A DNA stretch of 64,000 nucleotides from Callorhinchus milii (taxonomy: Eukaryota), in assembly GCF_018977255.1 (NCBI RefSeq), contig NW_024704742.1, positions 114,950,001-115,014,000 of the forward strand. The letters run 5' to 3'. The notes under the pieces were generated by a model. That model was not told the origin of the DNA, did not search any database, and saw only the letters and a program-made list of their open reading frames with translations. Positions 11,296 through 24,328 of the stretch are shown piece after piece (the first letter of the stretch is position 1; each line of letters begins with the position of its first letter). Made by a program: the position numbers and the translations under genes.

Positions 11296-13994
11296 CTTTC
11301 CTTTCTCCATACATGCTGCCTGACCTGCTGAGTGTTCCCAGCGACTTCTGTTTTTGTTTCAGAAGAAACCCGATCCTTACATGAAGGAGAAAGAAATCGA
11401 GAGGAATGGGAGATGGCAATAGGAGGGATGGGGGCTCACATGGAGTATAAACACCAGCTTGGTCTAGTTGGGCTAAATGGCTTGTTTCTGTTCCCTTAAT
11501 AATATTATTATTGTGCCTTTCACGTCAGGAAGACCTCTGTAAGCTTTTCACAGGATATACTATAAAGAGTGCATTTTATAGGCAAATGCAACAGCCAATT
11601 TAGGCATAGAGGTGGTCTAAAACAGCCATGAGGTGAATGACCAGTTTTATCTGGGGATTGTTGGCCAGGACTCTTCTCTTTTGAGTCGTGCCATGGGATC
11701 ATTAACATCCACCTGAACAGACAGAGAGATGCTCAGTTTAGTACCTCATCCTAAGGCTGCACCTTCAACAATGCAGCATTCCCCAGGCACTGCACCGGGG
11801 TATCATTTTAAACTGTTGAGTTCAATGTCCCGATGTAGGGCTTGAACCCACAACTAAGCAAGTGCAGGGCTGTTACCAACATCTTGTAACAAGCAGCCCA
11901 AAGCCCTAGAATCGATCTCTGAATACACTTCCACACAAGATTTGTTTCAATGTAGTTTGTCCATAACTAAATTCATTATTTCAAATGTACGTTTGAGGTT
12001 AGAAGACCCATTTTGACTTGGAAGCCAAATGCTTTCAATGTGTACTTTTCTATTATTAACAGGATAGATCTTTCGGATTCTCTCTTCAATGCTTTTCCCA
12101 GCTCCAGAAGCTTAACTAAGCCAGAAATCTCTGCCCACCTCTCTCCCCCACCACGCTCCTCACAGCCATTAATCCAGTCCAGGTTGGTGGTGTCCCAGTA
12201 CCGCAGAGGAATCAAATTCAAGATCCATGTATTCCACCCTCGGTCCTGCCCACCTCACCGTCCAGTCTCTTGCTGCTTGTGTTCCACTCTTGCAACTCAG
12301 GTCTGTTGATTGCTCACCACTGTCTTTGCTCCACCATCAGAGTCTGAGCATTCAACCACCATGCACGGCACCTGGAACTCTGCCCAACCCACTTCACCTC
12401 GCCTGTTCTCTCCCGGTCATCAAAAACCTCTTTGACTAAGTGTGTCTTTGGTCAAAATCTTTAAATGTCTTCTATTTCCTGCTTGGTGTCCATAACATTT
12501 ACCAAGGGCTTTGAGATGTTCTTTTATAAAACGTTCTTCCATGTAAATCGTTTTTATTCTTGTAATTGGTAGTTTTGACAGTAACAGTTTCACACTGACC
12601 GACCGCAGTGTTTCGGCGAGTGAATACTATCTACACCCAAGTCCTCTTACCTGAGGAAATGGAAAGGTCATTGTTGTGTAGAGAGACAGTTTGGATCTGT
12701 GATACCGATGGTGGTGGGTTAGTACAGGTTTTGGGACATAAAAGTGATTGAATAAATACAAGTAATTTAGCAGATGTTCCTGGTTGAGAGGCTCCCGGAG
12801 AATCGGGCGAAAGCAAACCTCTTGCTATGTTTTCTAATGTGATTCATACTCTGGAATGTGAGCCTTCACTAGAGCCAGCAATGCTATTTCCGAATGGAAT
12901 TGAAATAGCAGCAGGCAGGGTGCCCTTTGTGTACATCAGTAGGGGGTCTTTGAGACCTGCGGCAAGAGACTATAATTGGAATCAAACAAGAAATCTCGCT
13001 TGGTATATCTTTCAACGAATGGGAACTCGTGGCTTTAGTCGCGTGGATGCTCTTTAAATGTCATGTATTTTAAGTTTCCTGGTTGAATGTGGGAAGCCAT
13101 GTTTAAATTAATAAGCTGGTCTTCAATGGCAACACTTCCTGCCAGGAAGCGTGGGAGATGGTCTCAAAGTGTAGCATCGGTTCCCAATGTAAAAGTTGCT
13201 CTGTAACCTTGTATGCTATCGGTTAGCGTTTGGTATATTCTGTACGTTGCTGGAGGTTGTGGTTTGATGGAATGTTTTTAAGGTGGCGATTGTTCTTCCA
13301 AGCTTGCACACATTCCCCCTTTTCCTTGCTCCTCTCCTCCCATTTTATACGTCTTGGAAGCATAAGAATTTCAGAATGGAGAAGGTCATTGGGTCCAACA
13401 TGTCTGACAGTTTTTGACAGATCAACTCTACTTATCAGCCTTCTCACCATACCCTTCAATTCCTTCTTCCTCTGGAGCAACTCATTCTAATTCTCTCTTG
13501 AATTAACTCTACCATTTGCTTCAACGGCTCTTGCTAGTAACATGTTCCACAAGTCCATTACTCTGTAGCTGAAAACATTCCTCCCAACTTCCCTTATTGC
13601 AATGTCCTCATATCTCCTTCGTCTCATGGATTTTGAATCCTTCACTTTATGGAGCAATTTGCTGAGTCAATTTTGACAACTCTCTTGAAAATTTGACAAG
13701 TCAAATCAAAATCTCCTCTTTTCAAAGAAAGAAAATCTGTAACCTTCTGTAACCTTTACTCGTAACTTAAAGTACATCTATCAGAAATATTGCACGCTAT
13801 ATCAAATACAAGGATTATTATTATTAATGTAGCGTTTTAGAGCATCCACAATTTGGCAAAATGTTGAATTCAGACCCACTTAAAATACTAAATAAATATA
13901 GACCAACTTGACGCAGGTGGAATTTCTCCCTAATAGATTCTTGTAAAAATCCATCTACAAGTCTAAGCATTTTGTATGACTCATGTTACTTATC

Positions 13995-14765
13995 AACAGC
14001 AATAAAATTACATTTGTAAAGCGCCTTTCACGTCGGGAGGACGTCCCAAGGCGCTGAATAGTCGGGGATCAGGACCTGAGCGTGGGGGTGCAGGGTTGGG
14101 ATGAGGGAGGGCAGAGGGGGTAGGATGGCGGCTGAAGGCACGGTCAAAAAGGAGGGTCTTGAGTCATGCCTTGAAGGAGGCAAGAGAGGAAGCAAAGGGA
14201 TTGAGGGATGGAGTTCCAAAGAGTGAGGGCAGAGAGGCTGAAAGCCCGGCTGGGGAGACCTGGAGCAGGCTGGAGGGCGTGGACAGGTTGATCGGAGGTT
14301 AGCAGGTCAGAGATGTAGGACTGGGCAAGGCCGTGGAGGGCCTTGAAAGTGAGGAGGAGGATTTTGAATTCTATCCTCTGAGGGATGGGGAGCCTGGTGC
14401 GGGAGAGGACACGAGCTGCAGAGTTCTGGATGATCTGCAGCTTGTGCAGGGAAGATTTGGGAAAGCCGACGAGGAGTTTCAGTAGTCGAGCCTTGAGATG
14501 ACGAATGCATGTATGAGGATTTTGGCGGCCTGAGGGGTGAGGCAGTGGCAGAGTCAGGTAATGCTGCGGAGGTGGGTGAAGGCATAACAGGTCATGGCAC
14601 GAATATGGGGGAGAAAAGACAGTTGAGGGTCGAACAAAACGCCCAGGTTCCTAACTGGATTGGTGAGGTGTGGAACGCTGGATGCTGATGCTGCCAGTGC
14701 CTGAGGTGCGGAGGCGTTGGCTCGAGCCAATCAGGAGGGCCTCAATCTTGCTGTCATTCAGCTGA
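13995..14765 (-). mobile_element. Degraded L2 LINE 3' part
   Basis: Reverse complement of the L2 C-terminal region and tail. Confidence 0.85.
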
Positions 14766-15444
14766 CATTATGTCTGGAAAGGACCAGTAGTTTAGTTAAA
14801 TGTGACCTCCTTCCCCTGAACTGCGACTTTGGTCACCATCCTCCCCCTCCCCCTGGCTCGGTCCCGGGATCCGTTACTGTGAAGCGCTCTGAGACGCCGT
14901 CCGGCGTGGAGGGCGCTCTATAAATCCAAGTTGTTGTTGTTGTTGAATTCAAGGTGGCGATTTAAGAGTTATGTTTTCCTCAGTGTTCATTCAATGACTG
15001 AAAATAATTTTCTGAAGATTTCCCTACAACTGTATTAAAACATACCTGTCTGTCCACGTTTTCGGTCATCTTTCCCCCTCTCCACCCCCACCTTGGCTCC
15101 CACCCCTAGCTCATCCAGCACTGAAGGGCTTTGGGACATCCCCTCAAAGTGAAAGACGCTATATAAACATAAATTGTATAACTGAGATTAAACTGACTTG
15201 TCAGCACTTTCTGGGTATGTCCCTTTCCTTTAAATCATAGCGTTATGTTAGCCTCTGAAATCTCTCAAAATGTAGTGAATTTACAGACGATATTTATTGA
15301 ATCTTATCAATTTCAATCCTTTAAAACTGGTGAAGACTCGTGAAGCAAGCACCGTGTCTAATTTAAACGCATCTAAATTTTTCAGAACAGTATTAGCTGT
15401 GATTTGCATGTTCACTCACTCTTCACTTCCTGCTCGTCTTTCAG

Positions 15445-15571
15445 GGAAACTCCTAAAGGAGCCCATTACCTGGCTCATGACCTGGCCTCGGCACTGACTA
15501 CTCTAGACTCCCCAGAGCTGCGGGACAAAGTGGATCTCGTGTGGATCATTGGCGGCAGCGCTCTCTATAAG
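15445..15571 (+). CDS. DHFR: DHFR exon 4
   Basis: tttcag|G...AAG|gtactg; 127 nt; ETPKGAHYLAHDLASALTTLDSPELRDKVDLVWIIGGSALYK. Confidence 0.97.
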
Positions 15572-15658
15572 GTACTGAGGGGGTAACTTTCTGAGGCCTT
15601 TGTGATTCACAATCCTAATCAACAACAACTTGCATATATATAGTGCCCCTCACTCTGG

Positions 15659-15974
15659 ATAATAATAATAATAATCCTTGCATTTGATATAGCGTTTTTC
15701 ACGTCTTCTAGACATCTCAAAGCGCTTCACAGAATATACTATAATGTGAATTGACTGTGTATTTGTGGGTGAAACGCAGCAGCCGATTGCGCACAGCAGT
15801 GTCCCACAAACAGTCGTGGATTGAAATGACCAATTTATTATTGTTTTGTTTTGGAGGGATTATTATCAGGTGTGTGGAGTAAGGAAACTTGCCCAAGGTT
15901 TCACCCTGCTGGGAATCGAACCCAGGTCTCTCGCTAGCAAAGCGAGTGCTCTAACCACTGAGCTACAGGACTCC
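15659..15974 (-). mobile_element. Young tRNA-derived SINE
   Basis: Full-length copy beginning 88 nt after DHFR exon 4. Confidence 0.92.
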
Positions 15975-18900
15975 AGGGATAGCGTCTTAGAACGCTTATA
16001 ATCATACTCAAAGATAACTGCAAACATGTTTTTAAATTTTCCTTATTCAGGGTGACCCCATTAGGGTACACCCCACTTGAGTTTGGATTTACTTGTAGCC
16101 CAGGGAAACTGGTCCATGCTATACAAGGTGGGGTATACCCAGCACTGACCGACCAGCATCTGGTGCTTAAAAACCGACCACCTGAAAGCCAATAATAATA
16201 ATAAAATAATAATAATCCTTACTAGTTATTTGGTGCTGCTTATGACCACCTCCCCCCAGCTCAGGCCCCCTGATCAATCTTTGTAAAACTGTGAAATTTA
16301 CAGAACACCTACTTCAAAATTAAGAATTTGACATTCTAGTTGTTCTGAAATAATAATCCTTGCATTTGATTTAGCACCTTATTGCATCTTTGAGACATCT
16401 GAAAGTGCTTCACAGAAAGCGCTTCCTGTAAAGTGAATATGTTTGTGGGCGAAAATGCTGTGTAAAATCTCGACCCAGGTGGAATTTGTTGTGGGAACGA
16501 TCACTACACATTACATTAATTGTGATGTGCTTTGAGGCATCTCAAAGATCTGATGATCAATGATTGCATTTAATTTTGTGCTCTCCGTTCCACCATCGGT
16601 GGCTGTGCCTTCAGCCAAAACTCTGAAACTCTCTCCCTCAATCCCTCTGCCTTGCCCCCTCCCTTCAAATCCCGCCTAAAGACTTTTTTGATCGTGCTTA
16701 TGATCACCTCCCTCTCCCCTTGGCTCATTGTCAGACTCCGCGCTATATAAATGCAAGTTGTTGAATTTATAAAATCCAAAGATTATTATTATATTGCAAT
16801 TTCCACCCATAATTCCCATCTGAACATGCAGATGTGCCTTAGTTTAGTATCTTGTCCAGAAGGAGCAGATCTTGGATGTTCTTCACTGGCTCCACTTGAA
16901 GACGTGATAAGACGCTATATCAAATGCAAGGATGATGTAAGGACTTTGAGCTCATAGTCTAGACTGACACTCCAGTGGAAGAGTGCTGTATTGTTAGAAT
17001 TTCTGTCTTTCGGGTGAGATTTTAAACTGAGGTTCTGTCCGCCTGTTCAGGAGAATCTAAAGATCCCATGACCTAATCCAACAAGAGAAGCAAGTTTCTC
17101 CGGTGTCCTTGCCAACAATCCTCCATATAAAATTGGTCATCGCTTCACGACTGCTTGTGGGAGTTTGCTATGTGCAAACTGGCTGTTGCGGACGCCTACA
17201 AATACCCAGTCAACAGAAATTACGTGTGAAACACATTGAGAAGTTTCAATAGTAAATGCAAGGATTATTACCATTTGGGGAGTGGAGATTGCAAAAATGA
17301 ATTCAAATGGGGGTTATGTAGAGTTCAAATCCGGGGGCATTACAAGTGGATTGTGGAAGGAAAAAGCACCGTATGAGCCAAGTGGCCTTTTCTGAGGTCA
17401 TGTTTGCTGTTTTTCTGAGACAAGCTCTGTGAGCATTGTATGTCGCCTCCTCTGCATTCAGTGGCCAAGATCCCTGTTTGTAAATGATCCTTTATGTGAA
17501 ACAAAAGGTGTTGCTTTACAATGAAACATGCAGTCCTGAAAATACTTTTATTCAGCCGTTTGCCTGGTTAGCAATTACCCATCCAGGCTTTTATGGAGAA
17601 CTGAAGTGATGTCTGCAACAGCGCCTTTAAAAGATGAAAGGTTTTTAATTTTTCTCCGGCTGCTTCTGATCCCCTGTCTGCTTTGGCGAGCCTCTTTGAT
17701 GCCTTCCATTGGGCAGTCACCCTCCCAGGTGTTTAATATGCTGTGCATTATGTGAGCCATTAACACCCAATTTAAATTGGCTTAAATGTTTTTCACAGCC
17801 AGCAAACCTTGAGCAGTGCTTGAGCTCACTCTTAATAAAGTTAGAATTGTTCTCTTCAACAGAATTTGCGATAGGAATTGCAGAATATTGAGTGCTTGAT
17901 GTGCACTTGTAAGTAAAATGAGTTCCCACCTGGCAACATATCCCTAAAATAAAAACAGAAATATGCTTGAAAACTACAGCGGTTAGATGTGCAACTAAAA
18001 GAGCTAAATCAATCAATATGGGGTCTTATTTCACATTACCAAAGGCCACAGTTTTTGCTCTTATTAAACTTAAGTCTGGCTCAATTGGTAGCACTCTCAG
18101 CTCTGAGTTAGAAGGTGGTGGGTTAAGACCTTGACAAGCTCATAATCTAGACTGACATTCAAGTGCAGCGCTGTATTATTAATCGTGACTCTTTGCAGTG
18201 CTTTTCTCTTGACAACGAAACACAAAATGTTTTCCAAATATTCATTTGGATGAAATTGATGGTGTCCTTTTAAATGGGCTCAAACACCACGTCTGGACTT
18301 TGAAATCACATTCAAGGCTGACGTTCCAGTACAGTAATGGAGGTGTATTGCATTGTCAGGATTGCCATCCTTTGGTTGAGATATGTCTGTTCAAGTCGGC
18401 GTTTAAGATCCCATTACAGTGTTTGGAAAGAGAAGGGAGTTTCTCCCAGTATCCTGGCTAGCGGTGCTCCAGATAAATTGGTCATTTGCTGCATGGCTAT
18501 TTGGCTGCCGCATTTGCTTACGAATACACTGTATTCAAGTTGATTTCAAGATCCTCACAATCTTCAAATCCCTTCATGCCCTGGTACCTACCTACCTCCT
18601 TGACCTTCTTACTCTCAATCCACTACCTCTGCTCGGCTGGCTCCCTCCTCCTGCTTGTCCCTCATGCCCTCTGTTTCATCATCAGTGGAACACTTTCAGC
18701 CACTATTCTCCCGAAACTCTGGAATACTCTTCCTCTATCCCTCTGCCTGGCTCCCTCCTTTCCCATCTTCAGATCGCGCCTCAAGACCTTCCTCTTTGAT
18801 CGTTTCTACAGTCACTTTGCCCTCCCCTGGCTCAGTGTCGTACTCCGCCACTCTCAGGAGCTCTGGGACACTCCCCTGCGTGAAGGGTGCTATATAAATG

Positions 18901-19854
18901 CAAATTGTTATTGAATGCTGAATGTTGTACAGATTACATTTCGCACCACATGGAAATAGTGAAAAGCCTGTGGACCACTTTTTTATTTAAAAATGTAATC
19001 CACGTCCAGATGTTTTTGTGAATATTAAACCCTGTAAAATGCTATGCAATACTAGCTGATCTATCTTATTTTAATCTGACCTACAATAAGAGGAGAATAA
19101 ATGTGATTATCCTAGAAGTGTACTTTTATCTTGTGTTTGTGCGGCATCTTGCTGTGCCTCTGTAGTTGCTCTCCTTTTATCTTTTTGCTGCATCAGGGGT
19201 TGAAAGGAGCCCTTGAGAAGAGATGAAGTCACTTGCAGCTTTCATTGCTGTTTCCAGCCAAATTTAAATTTCCATCCACTAAAATTATCAAGCTGGCCAC
19301 ATTAATGCAGCATGTTGCTCGTGGCACATTTTGGGGCAAACCTGCACTGCCTGGGAACGCGGCAGCCAAATTGTACACAACAATGTCCCACAAACAGCCA
19401 AGAAGTGAATGATAATAATAATAATAATCTTTGCATTTGATATAGCGCTTTTCACGTCGGGAGGACGTCCCAAAGCGCTTCACAGAACACACTAAAGTGA
19501 ATTGACCGTATATTTGTGGGCAAACGCGGCAGCCAAATTGTACACAACAATGTCCCACAAACAGCCATGAAGTGAATGATCTGTTTTATTTGGGAGATTA
19601 TTGGCCAGAACACCAGGAGAGACTCTCTTCTCCTTTTGAGTAGTGCAATTTAATATACACCAGAACAGGCACAGATGGGACCTTGGTGTAACGTCTCATC
19701 TGGATGGTACCTCCGTCATTTCAGAGTGCTCGCTGTATTACGGTGTCATCCTAGGCTGTCAGTTCAAAGACGAGACGTTCTGACTCAGATGTGAGAGTGC
19801 TACCAACTGAGCTAGCCAGGCTGACACTATTTTAAGTTATAATATTGTGCTTAA

Positions 19855-20480
19855 ACAACAACAGCAAAATTACATTTGTACAGCCCCTTTTCACATCAGG
19901 AGGACATCCCAAGGCACTGGACAGTCAGTGTTTCGGATCCGACCTGGGGGTTAGGACTGGGGAAGGTGGAGGACAGGGGGGAAGCAGGGTGATCGAAAAT
20001 ACGGTTGAAGAGAAGGGTCTTGAAATGGTCTTGAAGGAGGCAAGGGAGTGGGTGATGCAGAGGGACTGTGGGATGGATTTCCAGAAGGTAGGGGCAGAGT
20101 GGCAGAAGGCCCACCTGCTAATGGTGGGGCTAGCAAGGCGGGGGACGTGAAGCAGGCCCGCTGAGCGGAGGGTGCGGGCAGAATGGTAATGGGTTAGAAG
20201 GTTGCAGAGGTAGAGGGGAACAAGGCCATGGAGAGCTTTGAAGGTGAGGACCAGGATCGTGAACTGTATCCTCTGAGTGATGGGAAGCCAGTGGAGTCGG
20301 GCATGATAGGGGTGATAGGGTCACGGAGCCTGGTGCGGGAGAGGACACGGTCTGCCGAATTCTGGATGACCTGCAGCCTGTGGAGGGAGTTGTTGGGGAG
20401 GCCGACAAGCAAGGAGTCTGCATAGTCGAGCCTCGATGTAATGAATGCGTGTATGAGGGTTTCGGTGGCCTGCAAGGTGA
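19855..20480 (-). mobile_element. L2 LINE 3' part
   Basis: Minus-strand ORF ETLIHAFITSRLDYADSLLVGLP...; L2 tail at the left end. Confidence 0.9.
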
Positions 20481-22052
20481 TAAGGTGATGTGATATATTG
20501 AATGCAAGGATTATTATTATACGAACAGCCATGAGGTGAATGACCAATTTATCCGGAAGATTGTTGGCCAGGACATCAGGAGAGAACCCCTTTTCTTGTT
20601 GAATCGTGTCACAGGATCTTTAAAGCCCACCTGAACAGACAGAGAGGACCTCAGTTTAACACTTCAATGGATGGTAGTGAACTCCAGTGTTTATTTTGTT
20701 TTAGCCCTAGTTTAATCAAGACCAATCCTGTCCTCATGCATTTCCTTCTCTAGTGGGTTGGAATCACAACCACAAGTTGCATTTATATAGTGCATCCTTC
20801 ACACCAGGGTAGTGGCATAGTATGTCGCTGATCTAGAAAGTGACCGGTCAAAGACGAAAGTCTTCTGTTGGTGCAATTTAAAGAGGGGCAATGCCCACAA
20901 AACACACAGTCACTCCACTTTACTGTATACTCTGTGAAGTGCTTTGGGATGTCCTCCTGACAGGAAAGGACTATATCAAGTGTAAGGTTTATTTTTAAGG
21001 TAGAGGGACTGCAAGTAAGCGAGCTGGGAAACCTGGCTAATTTTGCTTTTTTTTCATTCCCCAACCCCCCCCCCCCCCAGCCTGGAGTCCAGAGTACCGT
21101 TGAATGTTCATTGTTTGAGGGTAAAGGCATTACCCAGTACAGAACAAAGCCTTAAATATCTGGTTCCTGCATTGAATTAGCCAATCTTGGCTAGGGCAGA
21201 AATCAGATTTAGACTCACTGGGTTAGAGAGGGAGAACTCAGTCAGGTTCATGCACCTGCCCCGATCACTAGCCAGAGAGCTCCATTAGATGCTGTGTGTG
21301 TGTTGTGTACATCTATGGATGTAGGGTGAGGGCAGAATTGAGCATATCAATGCAAGCTGTACAAGTGAAATCACTTAGCATAGTATTTAGTGTTAAACTT
21401 TCCTCAGTCCCCCTGCGTTAGGGAAGGGGAAATGAGACATGGTTCCAGCACATCTGATCTATTTCCAGTGATTCCAGCTGGAAGGGCACACAGGTTTGGA
21501 CATTGAGTGATCTCAGGCTCAGCGGAGATACTCAGAAGGTCTAATAACTGGCTAATATTCCAGTCAAAGGTCAAAATGCTTGAAGAGTGTCCACTGGGCA
21601 AGCTTTTGGAGGGTTAACGATAGAACCGTATTCCCAGTGAAAAGAAAAAGATGTGAAACCCTTAATAGGAAGGGAGGGGAGAAAATTGGCAGAATTGTTT
21701 TATGATTAAAATAAATTAAAATGAAAGCAAATAAATGGACAACGCCAGCTGTGGCTGCTGTTTGTTTTTCCAAGTTGTGGCTTTTATTTAACACGAGACT
21801 TCAAAGCTTCATTGTCGCACACAATTGGTTTTGTTGTCAATCCTATTAAACATTGAAAGGAAGCAGCTATTGACTGAAATTGCCACTGAACTATTCCCGC
21901 ACAGTCTGGGGTTTAGTTTTATAAAGTGGGCTTTGAGTTTCTTCCTGTACTTGGTTATAGACAATATCTCAAACACGTGTCCAATTTCGATGATAATAAT
22001 CCATACATTTAATATAGCGCCTTTCATGTCAGGAGGCCATCTCAAAGCGCTT

Positions 22053-22930
22053 CAACTCCTCCCTCCACAGGCTGCAGATAATCCAGAACTCTGCAGCCCA
22101 TGTCTTCTCCTGCACCAAACTCCACGACCCCATCTCCCCCACTCTCGGCCAACCCCATTGGCTCCCTATTCTTCAGAGGATCCAGTTCAAGATCCTGGTC
22201 CTCACATACAAAGCCTCCATGGCCCCACCCTACTTCTGCGACCTCCTAACCCCCTACCAACCCGCCCGTTCCCTCCGCTCAGCCGGCTCTGGCCTGCTCC
22301 ACGTCCCCCGATCCACCCGCCCCACCATTGGTGGGAGAGCCTTCAGCCACTCTGCCCCCAACCTCTGGAATTCCATCCCCCAATCACTCCGCCTCACCCC
22401 CTCCTTAGCCTCCTTCAAGTCCCACCTCGAAACCCTCCTCTTTGACTATGCCATCAGTCATCCCCCTTTCCCTTCCCCCCCCAACCCCAGCTCGAGTCTG
22501 AAATGCTGTACACTGTCCAGCACCTTGGGACATCCTCCCGACGTGAAAGGCGCTATACAAATGTAATCTTGTTGTTGTAGATATACTATTAAATGTAGTT
22601 TCAAGATCCTCTCACTCATTTTCAAATCCCTTCTTGCTCTCGCACCTCCCTACCTATCTAATTTGCTTACCCCCCCACTCCACCAACCGCTGCCTCTGCT
22701 CAGCTGGCTCTGGCCTCCTGTTCTGCCTCGCCCCCACCTCCGCTCCACCATCAGTGGCTGTGCTTTCAGCCACAGTGCGTCGGAGCTCTGAATCTCTCTT
22801 CCTCAATCCCTGCTCCTTGCCCCCTCCATCCCCACTTTTAAATCCCACCTGAGAACCTTCCTTTTTGGTCATGCTTATGGTCCCGCTACCCTGTGTGAGA
22901 GGCTCTATATAAATGCAAGTTGTTGTTGTG
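22053..22930 (+). mobile_element. Two tandem L2 3' fragments
   Basis: RSTRPTIGGRAFSHSAPNLWNSIP segment; tails end near 22578 and 22930. Confidence 0.85.
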
Positions 22931-24033
22931 TAATTTGTAGACGAACGTAGAAGCCAATTTGCGCAAAGCAATCTCCCAAAATAACCAAGAAGTAAAGGAG
23001 CAATTTTATCTGGGGAGGGCTGTTGCCCAGGACTGGGAGAAATTCCCTTCTCTTTTGAATAGTGCCATGGGATCTTTAACATCCACCTGAACAGGACTTC
23101 AATTTAACACCTCATCCAAAGGACAGCATTGGGATAGATGGCAGTTTAGACCATATGAGCTCAATATCCAGAAATGGGCTTGAACCCACCACCTTCTGAC
23201 TCGAGCGTTAAGAGTATCAGCAACTCAGCCAACCAGATTGTGTTTTCTTGAGCTGGTCTCTTGCTGCTTCTGTCTTGCTGACTCTCAGTGTAATGAAGCA
23301 TTGATTTCCAAGCTGTTTATTCGTTAATATCTTAAAATGCTGGTATCAAAGCTGCTCCAGAATTCGCTGTGGAATAATCCAGACTTCGACAAAAATAAAT
23401 GTTTGAGAAAATGCAGCTTTTAAACCTGCACCAATATTTTTTGAGCGTGGGGAATGAAATGTAATATTCAGAGTTAACTTGCCATTCATCTCCTGTTTAC
23501 CCCATCAACCTCTGGTTCTCTGATGTAAATCTTGATCAAAATTCACTTGCTGCTTTCAGTTGGAGAAGGCAATGCAATGCATTTTATTGGCTTTGAGAGG
23601 ATATGGAGGCAAGCAACCAAGTTGATTCTGAGTGTGAAGAGTTAGAAACGTAGGAATGCATTTAACCCATCTAGCTGTTCTGCCAGTGTATTAGATCATG
23701 GCAGATATTGCAATTCCCTGTTCTTTCTCCATATCCCTTACTTCACGTCATTAGAACATAAGAACTTCTTAAGCGAAAGAAGACCAAGGTCCACCCAGTT
23801 TGCTTTCCACCATCCTGGCAGTTGCTTGACATGTTGTGTCCCAAACCATATATTGTATAAATTGTCTATCTTCCTATTTCACTTTTAAACATCCCAATTG
23901 GTTCTGCAATTATAGCATTTAGGGGTAGTGCATTCTACTTCTCACAACCATTTGGCAGCAGCCTGGCTCAGTGGAATGCTTTATATATGTGATTTCTCCT
24001 CCCCGTTTCTAACAGCAAGTTAGCAGTTTCATG

Positions 24034-24328
24034 TGGAGTCCTGTAGCTCAAGTGAGAGACCTGAGTTCAATTCCAGGCAGGGCGAAACCTTGGGCAAGTT
24101 TCCTTACTCCACACGCCTAATAATAATCCCTCAAAACCCAAAACAATAATAAAATTGGTCATTTTCAATCTACGACTGTTTGTGGGACATTGCTGTGTGC
24201 AATTGGCTGCCGCGTTCGCCCACAAAATATACAGTCAATTCACTTTACAGTGTGTTCTGTGAAGCTCTTTGGGACGTCCTCCCCACGTGAAAAGTGCTAT
24301 ATCAAATGCAAGTATTATTATTATTATT
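24034..24328 (+). mobile_element. Young tRNA-derived SINE with deletion in the tRNA head
   Basis: gtagctca|agtgagagacc joins across the missing D-arm/anticodon segment. Confidence 0.9.
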
